Assembly: GCA_964016885.1 (NCBI GenBank)
Contig: OZ024741.1
Location: 263,748,001 to 263,812,000 of the forward strand
Direction: 5' to 3'
DNA: 64,000 bases
Origin: Eledone cirrhosa
Lineage: Eukaryota
A program made the translations under genes and the position numbers. Shown here piece after piece: positions 52,886 through 64,000 of this stretch. Under the pieces are notes generated by a model. It ran no database searches, was not told where the DNA came from, and saw nothing but the letters and a program-made list of their open reading frames with translations. How positions within the stretch are numbered: the first letter of the stretch is position 1; each line of letters opens with the position of its first letter.

Positions 52886-53995
52886 ATTTTATATATTTTT
52901 ATGGTAGCATAATGCCCCTATCTCCTTGTACTCATGGTAGATATATTTCAGTGCCTCATTTTGGGCAGTGTATTTTAAATGGATTCATTTTTTTTCTTTA
53001 GTGTATCTAGGACTACATTACCGAATGTGTCTTCCTTTGCATAAGATGGTGGAGTGTGATCTGATCAATTTGAGGGGCTCTAGTGATTTGCTTGTTGGCT
53101 TGTTCTTTTCTTTTTCCATTCTGTTTAATCAGAAAGGGAAGGGGCATGCTCATGACCATTTCCAATGTCTCTGGGACTGATGTGAGGGAAGGAGGAAAAT
53201 ATCCTCACACCGGAGACCTGGTCTAAATGCCAGTAACAGGCCAGGTGGTGGTGTTAAATAAGTGATAAGTGTTGTGTATAGGTATGTGTGTATATGTATA
53301 TATGTATGTATGTATACATGTATGTATGTATACTGAAGGTTGGGGGCTGAAAGGAGGTGGTACTTTTATTGTAAATAACTAAGGAAAATCTGCTTAGGGA
53401 ACAGCTGAACAGCTTTTAGTTGTTAGTGATGAGAGAGAGAGGGGGTGGGGGCTGAAGGTAGGTCACATGAACCCTTTCCCACCTGCATTCATTTTCCTCC
53501 TTTCAACTTTTTTGTTCTTTTTTTAAGGTAGGTCTTTTTAAAAATTATTAAACTAAAGAGAAAATGTGATGAAAACTGTACAATGTAAATGGCAATAAGG
53601 AAACGAAAAGGAAAATAAATGAAGCTATGAAAGAAAGGGGAGAGGTGTGATAAACTCTACACTCCAGTCTGAGCTATATGTTTCAGCTGCTCCCTGTAGA
53701 CAAAATGGTGAAGCCATTGCTGTGGAGAATGACCTCCACCTCACAGGGTTCCTTTCTCAGGCATGCTGCTGTCTTTCCGATTTTACGGAGGAAAACAGTA
53801 GTTTAGACTGAGGACACCGAAGGAAGCAGTTGATCAATTCTTGGTATTTGGTTATTTTCCTTTCTTCTCCTTGGCATTGCAGGTGTTGGTGCCCGGAGTT
53901 GTGACCGAAGCAGCAAGGTTGGAGCTGAAGAATGAGTCACAACACATGGCATCTCAGATTAGGGATTTGCCTCTCTCAGATGGGGTAGAGTTATC

Positions 53996-55565
53996 CCAAC
54001 TGGCTCCCTCACCATTACCAAGGTTGAAATCAACTGACACCCTTACCATTACCAAGGTTGAAATCAACTGGCTCCCTTACCATTACCACAATTGAAATCA
54101 ACTAGCTCCTTTACCATTACCACAATTGAAATCAACTAGCTCCTTTACCATTACCATAATTGAAATCAACTAGCTCCCTTACCATTACCACAATTGAAAT
54201 CAACTAGCTCCTTTACCATTACCACAATTGAAATCAACTAGCTCCTTTACCATTACCACAATTGAAATCAACTAGCTCCCTTACCATTACCACAATTGAA
54301 ATCAACTAGCTCCCTTACCATTACCACAATTGAAATCAACTAGCTCCTTTACCATTACCACAATTGAAATCAACTAGCTCCTTTACCATTACCACAATTG
54401 AAATCAACTAGCTCCCTTACCATTACCACAATTGAAATCAACTAGCTCCCTTACCATTACCACAATTGAAATCAACTAGCTCCCTTACCATTACCACAAT
54501 TGAAATCAACTAGCTCCTTTACCATTACCACAATTGAAATCAACTAGCTCCTTTACCATTACCACAATTGAAATCAACTAGCTCCTTTACCATTACCACA
54601 ATTGAAATCAACTAGCTCCTTTACCATTACCACAATTGAAATCAACTAGCTCCCTTACCATTACCACAATTGAAATCAACTAGCTCCTTTACCATTACCA
54701 TAATTGAAATCAACTAGCTCCCTTACCATTACCACAATTGAAATCAACTAGCTCCCTTACCATTACCACAATTGAAATCAACTAGCTCCTTTACCATTAC
54801 CACAATTGAAATCAACTAGCTCCCTTACCATTACCACAATTGAAATCAACTAGCTCCCTTACCATTACCACAATTGAAATCAACTAGCTCCCTTACCATT
54901 ACCACAATTGAAATCAACTGGCTCCCTTACCATTACCACAATTGAAATCAACTAGCTCCTTTACCATTACCACAATTGAAATTAACTAGCTCCTTTACCA
55001 TTACCACAATTGAAATCAACTAGCTCCCTTACCATTACCACAATTGAAATCAACTAGCTCCCTTACCATTACCACAATTGAAATCAACTAGCTCCCTTAC
55101 CATTACCACAATTGAAATCAACTAGCTCCCTTACCATTACCACAATTGAAATCAACTAGCTCCTTTACCATTACCACAATTGAAATCAACTAGCTCACTT
55201 ACCATTACCAAGGTTGAAATCAACTAGCTCCTTTACCATTACCAAGGTTGAAATCAACTGACACCCTTACCATTACCAAGGTTGAAATCAACTGGCTCCC
55301 TTACCATTACCACAATTGAAATCAACTAGCTCACTTACCATTACCAAGGTTGAAATCAACTAGCTCCCTTACCATTACCACAATTGAAATCAACTAGCTC
55401 CCTTACCATTACCACAATTGAAATCAACTGGCTCCCTTACCATCACCATGGTTGAAACCAACTAGCTCCCTTACCATCACAATGGTGGAAACCAGCTGGC
55501 TCCCTTACCATCACCAAGGTTGAGGCCAACTGGCTCCTATACCATCACTATGGTTGAGGCCAACA
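53996..55565. repeat. 34-bp minisatellite (~46 copies)
   Basis: Unit aatcaactagctcc(c/t)ttaccattaccacaattga. Confidence 0.97.
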
Positions 55566-55817
55566 GCCTCTGTTGTGAAGGGAAGACAGCTGCATTGAGG
55601 CTCCTTCTGATTAGGATTTTCCATTTCTCATTTCTATAACTCCCTCTACTCCCATGTTTTCAATTCAACCCCTTCCCTTATCTCCCAGTCTGTCTTCTGT
55701 CATCCTTTTCTTCAAAATAGGCCATTATCAGTTCAGTTCTACACCTATTCAGATTTCACCCCATTTCCTCTCTCAGGCTCCACTATCTCCTTTCAGTTGT
55801 CATTTCCTTTTATCTGA

Positions 55818-56312
55818 GAGATAGAAATAAATAGATAGATAGGTAGGTAGATAGATAGATATGGATAGACAGATAGACAGATAGCTAGATATGGGTAGAT
55901 AGATAGCTATGGATAGATAGGTAGCTAGATATGGGTAGATAGATAGTTAGATATGGGTAGATAGATAGCTAGATATGGGTAGATAGATAGATATGGGTAG
56001 ATAGATAGCTAGATATGGGTAGGTAGATAGATAGATATGGGTAGGTAGATAGCTAGATATGGGTAGGTAGATAGCTAGATATGGGTAGATAGATAGCTAG
56101 ATATGGGTAGATAGATAGCTAGATATGGGTAGATAGATAGCTAGATATGGGTAGATAGATAGCTAGATATGGGTAGATAGATAGCTAGATATGGGTAGAT
56201 AGATAGATAGATAGATATGGGTAGATAGATAGATAGATAGATATGGGTAGATAGATAGATAGATATGGGTAGATATATGGTTATAGATAAGGATGGATAG
56301 ATAGAGAGATAT
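55818..56312. repeat. (GATA)n-derived repeat with 20-24 bp superunits
   Basis: agatagatagctagatatgggt repeats. Confidence 0.9.
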
Positions 56313-56923
56313 GTTTCTTTATTAGCCACAGGGGCACAACAGAAGGGGACAAATACAAAAGGGGAAGTTTACCTACAATAAAAACGTGTAAAATATTATC
56401 ACAAATGCAATTTAAAAAATTAGTTGATTTTCCCCAATAGGTGGAGACAGTTCATATGGGTAACACATACCCCCGAAAAAATGTGCAACCCTCATCTCCA
56501 GGAGTACAAGGAGTTTGTACCCCTTTCCTCTCTTCCTCTTTTTCCTCAACCTACAGGCTGATATAGAGAGAAGGCCCATTCACTCGGGCCATTCTCGCCA
56601 CTTTCACCCACCTTTCATAAAACTTGCTGGGGTACAGCACCTCTCTTTCCATCCTGATTCTTCTTCCAAAGTGGTATTTGAAAAAAAGAATCAGTTGTTG
56701 GCCGGAGAGAAAGGTGTCTGACCTCAGCCCTTTCAACCTTGTCCACTATACAACCTCTTTCGCCATAGCTATCACACAAAGGAAAACCGCCTCTCCTTCG
56801 TTTTTGAAGGAGGGTGGCGGTTTGATCATGACAATGGACTCGGTGGTCAACCAGATTGTCCCACCCGCGACAATAGTCGTTCTACATAGCCCCACAGGTC
56901 AGTGACGCCCGGGCAGTGTATGA
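56313..56923 (-). pseudogene. L1/Tx1-clade retrotransposon 3' end (ORF2 C-terminus and 3' UTR)
   Basis: IIHCPGVTDLWGYVERLL...VIAMAKEVV*WTRLKG...FYERWVKVA (H-x4-CP..LW and AK..W..R motifs), AATAAA at the 3' end, GATA repeats on both flanks. Confidence 0.7.
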
Positions 56924-57112
56924 TAGATAAATATAGATGTGGATGGATGGATGGATGGATAGATAGATAGATAGATATAGATATGAATAGATAAATATAG
57001 ATAGTAGGTGATGGGTAAATACAACAAGATAGATAGATAGATAGATATGAGTGGATGGATGGATAGATAGATAGTAGGTGGATGGGTAAATACAACAGAG
57101 ATAGATAGATAT

Positions 57113-57188
57113 ATTTCTTTATTAGCCACAGGGGCACAAAAGAAGGGGACAAATACAAAGAATCAGTTGTTGGCCGGAGAGAAAGGTG
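57113..57188 (-). mobile_element. second, internally deleted 3' fragment of the same Tx1-like element
   Basis: tttctttattagccacaggggcacaa...aaatacaaag is joined directly to aatcagttgttggccggagagaaaggtg, again inside GATA repeats. Confidence 0.7.
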
Positions 57189-57783
57189 ATAGATAGATAG
57201 ATAGATAGATATGAATAGATAAATATAGATGTGGATGGATGGATAGATAGATAGTAGGTTCATGGGTAAATACAACAGAGATAGTGAGATATAGATAGAT
57301 AATGAGAAAAAGTGATGGGACCAAGAAGATGGCTAGGGGGAGATAAAGTGTCAAAGTATTGCATCAGAGAAGGTAAGATGTGGATGAGAGGGTGTGTAAA
57401 AAGATGGCAAGGGGTAGGGAGAAACACAGGAGAGAGAGAGCGAGAGAGAGCGAGCAGTAATGAAATGAGAAGAGAATGGAGGATTGGATGTAGAAGAGAA
57501 AGAAGGAAAAACGTAAGGGTGTGTAGCAATTGTAAGATATAAAAGGGGAGAGAAGGTGTTTCTAGGGAGTGAGGCAGACAGGCAATGTAATCCAGTGACT
57601 TAATTTGTATTGGGTGGTAGTTTAGTCATGTTGCCAGGAAGCTAGCAAATTACTCCTTCAGTGTAAAATCAATGAGTTAGTTAACAATGCTTACTCATAG
57701 ACTCAATGATTCACTTAACCCTTTCATAGCCATATTTTTAATGAAAAACACTGCCTATGTTGTTTAACACTGTCATAGCCATA

Positions 57784-58717
57784 TCTCTATATATAAAACT
57801 GAGGATGTCTGTGTGTGTGTGTTCGAGTTTGAATCTCTAAAACTCGAGAAGCACCCAACCGACTGTTTTCAAACTTTACACATGTAATACTTATGTTTCA
57901 GGGAGTGTTCTGAGCAAAAATTATTTCAAATTTTCAATGCCCTAGGGACCGCATTAGGCGATTTAGTGATATCTCTCTATAATTCTTAGTCTTTCTCTTT
58001 TTAGATAGATACATACATATAACGTTAGATACATACATATATCTGTCTGTATGTCTGACTGTCTGCATTACCTCACTTCCCTGAGGATGTGTGTGTGTGT
58101 GTGTGTGTGTGTGTTTGAATCCCTAAAACTCTAGAAGTACCCAACCAACTTTTTTCAAACTTTGCATGTGTATTATGTTTCAGGGAGTGTTATGCACATA
58201 AAAAAAATTCCAACTTTTTGATCCCCTATGTGAATTTTGATCCGCATTAGGTGAAAAACTGCGTTTTTTCAGGTTTTTAGGGTTTTTTTGAGGCGTTACG
58301 TCAGACTGATTTCCTTGAAATTGTAACTATGTATTAGTCAGTCTCTTCTTCATGCCGTGAGCAAAGAAAATCCAACTTTTTTATGGCCTAGGACCCGAAT
58401 TAGGTGAAAAACTTCATTTTTTCCAGTTTTTTAGTGTTGCTTTGAGGCGTTACGTCTAGCCGATTTTCACGAAATTTCAAGGCATATTATGCACATAAAA
58501 AAAATTCATTTTCTTGATCCCCTAGGGCCCACATTAGGTGAAAACCTGCATTTTTCCTGTTTCATCGAGGAAAATCTTAAAGATTATCCAGCCATCAGAG
58601 TATTCGATTTATTTTCTTTACATATTGTCCAGGCATGCAGTTTTTCCACGATTAGGTCTGTTGGCGGCCCACGTTCCAAAATATCTTATCCCGTGCAACG
58701 CCGGGTACCACTGCTAG
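57784..58717 (+). mobile_element. non-autonomous Helitron, both ends intact
   Basis: 5' A|TCTCTATATATAAAA; 3' hairpin cccgtgcaacgccggg followed by CTAG|T; no TSD; internal duplication (57799-57960 vs 58081-58250). Confidence 0.9.
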
Positions 58718-58859
58718 TTTTTAATAAAGGACACTGTCTATGTTGTTTAACACCCTTTCATAGCCATATTTTTAATAAAAGACACTGTTGTTTAACGCTT
58801 TCATAGCCATATTTCTAATGAAAGGCATTGCCCATGTTTAACCCTTTCATTACCATATG

Positions 58860-59598
58860 ACAGTATGGACAGAGCATCAGACACCATGCTTTTCAGCCAG
58901 GAGTTACGGCCCCTTACGTTCTGAGTTCAAATCTCGCCAAGGTTGGCTTTACTTTTCATCCTTATAAAATAAAGTACCAGTAATACACTGGGTAATTGCT
59001 GGCCTTGTGCCAAAAGTAGAAACAATTATTATTATTATTTGGGCGGTGTATTGACAGTATTGGTAGTGTCGGACACCCTGTTTCACAGCATAGTTATGAT
59101 GTCCCTTTACATTCTGATTTCAAATCCTGCCGAGGTTAGCTTTGCCTTTCATCCTTACATGGTCGATAAAATAAAGTATCAATAGCACACAGGGGTCGAT
59201 TTAATCGATTTTCCCCTCCCCAAAATTGTTGGCCTTGTGCCTAAAGTAGAAATAATAATTATTATTATTCGTGCAGTGGGTTGGTAGTATTGGTAGAGCA
59301 TGGGACACCCTGTTTCATGATATAGTTACGGCCCTTTACATTCTGAGTTCAAATAATAAAATAACAACAACAATACTTATTATTATTATTGTTCTTGGAG
59401 TCTCAGTCATTGATGTTATTGGCAGTATCGGTAGAGGGTCGGATGCCATGCTTTGACGCATAGAGTTATGGCCCTTGCCATTCTGAGTTCAAATTCTGCC
59501 GAGGTTAACTTTGCCTTTCATCCTTACGGGGTCGATAAAATAAAGTACCAGTAATACACTGGGTAATTGCTGGCCTTGTGCCAAAAGTAGAAAATTAT
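58860..59598 (+). mobile_element. array of four family A SINEs (one truncated)
   Basis: Units near 58860, 59041, 59270 (head only) and 59419. Confidence 0.88.
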
Positions 59599-60140
59599 TT
59601 AACTGGAAAGTTTGTTCAAATGAACATCAAGCCGCTACCTGCAGCCTCAGATATTCAGGACGTATCGGAGGGTGCTTGCTGTTCCCAGCATGCACACCTT
59701 TTGAAGTATTCCAAAAAAAGGAGGCTGGACTAATATTCTTTAACCATCCTTGAAAACTCTGAGATAGTACCTAGTACTCCTATAACAATTGGGATGACCT
59801 TGATCTCATGACAGTCCCAAATCCTTTTTAACTCCCACTTTAAATCCTGGTATTGGTAAATTTTCTCCTTCTTCTCCTTTTCTTGCACTCTTGTGTCAAA
59901 TGGGCAGGCTACATCTACTATCAGGCACAATCTTTTTTCCTTGTCAAAAACCACCAGGTCAGGCCTATTGTGTTCTAATTTCTTGTCTGTCTGTATCCTG
60001 AAATCCCATAGCACCTTTACTTGATCGTTTTCTATCACTGACTCTGGCTTATGCTCATACCACTTCTCAGAATGTGGTAAATTATTGAGCTTGCATAAAT
60101 GCCAGTGAATCACCTTCCCTATCATATCATGCCTCCAGCC
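59597..60140 (-). pseudogene. R4/Dong-clade retrotransposon 3' end (restriction-like endonuclease)
   Basis: RHDMIGKVIHWHLC...WYEHKPESVIEN..KVLWDFRIQTD..EHNRPDLVVFDK..CLIVDVACPFD..KE.EK..YQDL..PIVIGVLG, frameshift, LQKVCMLGTASTLRYVLNI*. Short 3' UTR; 5' junction in (AAT)n. Confidence 0.88.
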
Positions 60141-60485
60141 TTTATTATTACTATTATTATCATTCTTATTATTATTATTCCTGCTGAGATTAGCTTTGCC
60201 ATATATCCTTACAGGGTCAATAACATAAAGCACCAGTAATGCACTGGGGTAATTGCTGGCCTTGTGCCAAAAGTAGAAACATTATTAATTTTATTATTGT
60301 GTGTGTGTGTGTGTGTTTGTGTGTATATGTATATGATGATGGTGTATATAAATATATATATTTTTCTCTCTCTCCCTCTGTAGGTTCCCGTTGACATTTC
60401 TGCTGGCCACTGTACACTGGACACACCATATGCTGAGCAGTGATATCATGTCCCAGTTTCTCCTCTCTACGTCACTTCTTGTCAA

Positions 60486-61238
60486 ATGCTGAAGTTTGGA
60501 AATGTCTCAGTAAACCAGAAGAGATTGGGCTGGAGTCTTGGCAACAACAACACTGCCACTACAACCCCCACCACTAACCACAACATTACTGCCACTACAA
60601 ACACCACCACCACTAACAACAACAACAACTACTACACAATTAACAACATAAACATCATCACCCGCCACCTCAAGACTACCACCACCACCAGCAATAACAA
60701 CACCCCACCTCCTCCTACTATCTCTGCTACCAATACTCCTTCTGTAAGTATCACCGCCACTGACATCAACAACAACACCAAGAACAGTTGTTTCAGGGGT
60801 AATGACAACAACAATAACATCAACAGCAGCAGCAACACTAACAACAACAACAACAACAGCAGCAGCATCAGCAAGAAGCACAAGTGTGAGCAGATGAGTC
60901 AAGCTGTCAGTGACGAAACAGGTACCACCAAATGCAAAGTGTCTGTGACCACTAATGCAGCTACTACTACTACTACAACTACTGCTGCTGCTGCTGCTGC
61001 TACCACCACCACTGCCGTCAATACCACCACCACTACCACCTCACCAGACCTAAATACTGGTAATAATAATAGTTTTATTAACAGTGGTGTCACCAGCAAT
61101 ATCAACAACACCATTATTATTACTGCTACCACTCCAACTACTACCTCTACTTATAGCAGCAGCAGCGACAACAATAACAATACTACCAACATTTGTAGCA
61201 GTGGTAGTATTATCAGTAGCAGTAATAATAGTTTCAGT

Positions 61239-61273
<35 letters not shown>

Positions 61274-63256
61274 TAGTGGTGGTGGTGGTGGTAGCAGCAG
61301 TAGTATCAGTGACTGTGGTGGCACTGGTCTAGGTGGTAGCGGTAGTGGTAGGTATTGGTATAGTGAGGTGTCAGAAGTTACAACCTTGAAAGCTGTTGAG
61401 TCGACAGTGAGCCCTTTATTAGCAGCTCTTTGTGTGAAACCACCACCGCCCCCAACCAGACAGGTAAGGAATGGTATGGTTCGAATGCCAAACTCTTGTG
61501 CCATAGCCACTGCCACCACAACCATTACCAACCACCACCACAACAATATTTCTACTACTGCCAATACCAACATCAACACAAGCAGCAATTGTAAAACTAA
61601 GGGCAGCAGCAGTTTTGTTGACATTTACAAAAAGCAGCTTGCATTTTTGGTGCAGCAATCTGGTGACAGCAAGGGCAGCGCTCCTGTGGGAAACAAGAAG
61701 CCTACAGAACCCCTGGAGAAAAAGAAAAGAGGAGCAGATCCTACTGCACTAACCTCCACCCCAGCTCCAGTTTCAACTGCATCCCCAGCATTTCTGCTGC
61801 CACTGCGGCCGCCTTCTTTGCCATCTCCACTGCAGGCGGTGCCACCGTCTGTTGTTAAGGGTCACCAGGTTGTAACGAGGCCAAGCAACAACTACAACAC
61901 CAACAACAACATTACCACCACTAGAAAGACTAGTGGTCCTCAGTGTAAAGAAGTGACCTCACACAGATCACTATCTGGTCCGTTGCCACCAATCTCTTCC
62001 ATCACCTCAACCCTTTTACCCTCCCCTGCCGTCCGGCCTGTCCCTTTGCCCAGCATTAGTATCTTCACCGGCAATTACAACAACAATATCAGTAACGCCA
62101 CCAATACCACTCTGAAGCATAACCATAACCAGCATCCTACAACAACAACAACAGCAACAGCAGCAACAATACCTAAAGATAAGAAACTCAATATAGAAAG
62201 CATCAGTAGCAACAACAGCAACAACAGAAGAAGCCAATGGGATCAATACCAAGGCCTGCTCAGCAAAGACCCCTATCACAACAACAACAACAACAGCAGC
62301 AGCAGCAGAAGCTGCAGTGAGTCATTCAGTGAAGATCAGCAAAGACCTTTTGTCCCCCCACCTCCCATCATAAACAGCAGCGGTGATGGCAGTAAGATCA
62401 AGACATTGTTACAACAGCAGCAACTACGAGCAGGACTACAGCAGCAGCAGCAACTGCAGCTGCAGCATCAGCAATTACAAGCAGGACTACAACTACAAAC
62501 AGAACAACAACAACAGCAATTACAAGCACGACTACAACAACAGCAGCAGCAACAACTACAAGCACGACTACTACAACAACAGCATCTACAACTACTACAG
62601 ACAGAACGACGACAGCAACAGTATCTACAAGCAGAACAACTACAACAACAACAGCAGCAGCAGCAGCAGCTACAACAACAACCAATGCCACCTACAACAA
62701 AACATCTTGTAGCAGCAGCAGCAGCAAGAAGAACAACAACAACAGCTGCAGCAACAGTGAAGAGATGTGATCAAGCAACAAGTGTTGGGAAGGGATTGCA
62801 TGCATCGCTGCCGTCTACAAGATCTTCATCACCAGCATCAGTAGCAAAAGCAGCAGCAGCTTCTCGCCTGCTGCAGCAAGATGATGGAAGACGAAGGATT
62901 GTTTTGCATACAACCACATCAGCACTGCCTCTGCCACTACTATCTACAGTAACAACAACAGCACTGCTTCCACCACCACCACCACCACCACCACAATTAA
63001 CAGCAACAGCACTAGCAATAGTACCAGCAACTATATCATCATCATCATCATCAACAACTGTAAAAACAACAGCAGGAGCAGCAGCAGTTCCTACTTCTGC
63101 AATAACAGCATTAACACTAGCAGTGACTGCAACAACAACAACAACATCATCATCATCAGTTGCTCAGCTAAGTAATCAAAGAATTATTTGTGCTGTCAAC
63201 ACCAACACCACTGCTAGTAACACCAACACCACTACTAGCAACACCGACAGCACCAT

Positions 63257-63297
<41 letters not shown>

Positions 63298-64000
63298 ACA
63301 ACAGCACAAAGATCACCACCACTACCCCTACTATCAACAACAACATCAACACCACTGGCAACAGCATTGTAACTGTTAGTAAAATTAACACTTCAACAAG
63401 TGGGTGCACCCTAACGTCTTGTGCTGCAAGAGATGCACATCTAGCTGTAACATCAGTTGAAGGTACAATGAGCAGGAAACGCAGCGCATCTGGGACTGCA
63501 GCTGCGTCCAGTGGTACCAGCAATGCAAAACGAATGATGTGCAAAGTGAATAGTAGCAGCACTAGTGGTGGTAGTGTTGGTGATGGTAGTAGAGACATTG
63601 GAAGAGCCGTGGTAGCCCCTAATTTGCCTGCTACCAGTGATGTGGTGGTCGATGAGAGTGCAAAGGGCTGCAGTGTCCCCACCATGGATGATAGTAGCTC
63701 CAGAATTGTCCCCTCAGCTTCCTCTTCTACTACTACTACTACTGTTGAGGTAGCCCCATATACTACCACTGCCCGTGATATTCCTCTGTATGTGTCTGCC
63801 CTACCAAGTTCTGATCTGCCTCAAAATAATGCAGTTGACTCATTTATCCCCCACTTGGCTATTTCTGATGGCATCAGTGGTGGTAAGGACAACAACAACA
63901 ACAACAGTAGTAGTAGTAGTAACCGCAGCAGTGACAACAACAAGTACATTCATAACAACCAGAATATTGCAACACTTCAGACAGCCATTGCAGCCACCAC
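60486..64000 (+). CDS. uncharacterised long low-complexity (T/N/S/A/P-rich, polyQ) probable nuclear protein; 3'-incomplete
   Basis: Hand translation from ATG 60486 (MLKFGNVSVNQKRLGWSLG...) has no stop for 1171 codons, while both other plus frames have many. In-frame TGA upstream at 60441; strong acceptor (ct)n-ctgtag| at 60383; bipartite NLS-like RKRS-x-KR near 63474-63533. Confidence 0.8.

Noticed and set aside
53690-53995. Coding-like composition here and at 7030-7275, possibly retrotransposon ORF1 relics
   Set aside because: No recognisable motif in any frame I could read.

Overview
Repeat-dense animal genomic DNA. The SINE families, the RTE 3' tail and the microsatellite load suggest an octopod cephalopod; this is inferred from recognised repeats, not from a database search. 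The first ~44 kb has no convincing coding exon and consists of micro/minisatellites, tandem tRNA-derived SINEs, MITEs and retrotransposon remnants. A CpG-rich stretch at ~44.2-44.9 kb looks like a promoter. Downstream lie a cluster of foldback (Penelope-like) remnants with minimal type I hammerhead ribozymes, then a 5'-truncated RTE LINE with an intact RT and an embedded PHD-type finger. A deleted inverted copy of that LINE sits 1.6 kb away, and the pair brackets a 69-nt candidate exon. Further on are Tx1 and R4/Dong remnants and a complete non-autonomous Helitron. A plus-strand ORF missing from the supplied track starts at ATG 60486 and stays open for 1171 codons to the window end (low-complexity, polyQ, probable NLS). 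Highlights: two related hammerheads with co-varying stems around a shared C-C mismatch; a 46-bp minisatellite born from the last codons of an R4 retrotransposon; and a possible inverted-LINE/uORF-exon switch upstream of the long ORF. All structure and translation calls were made by eye.
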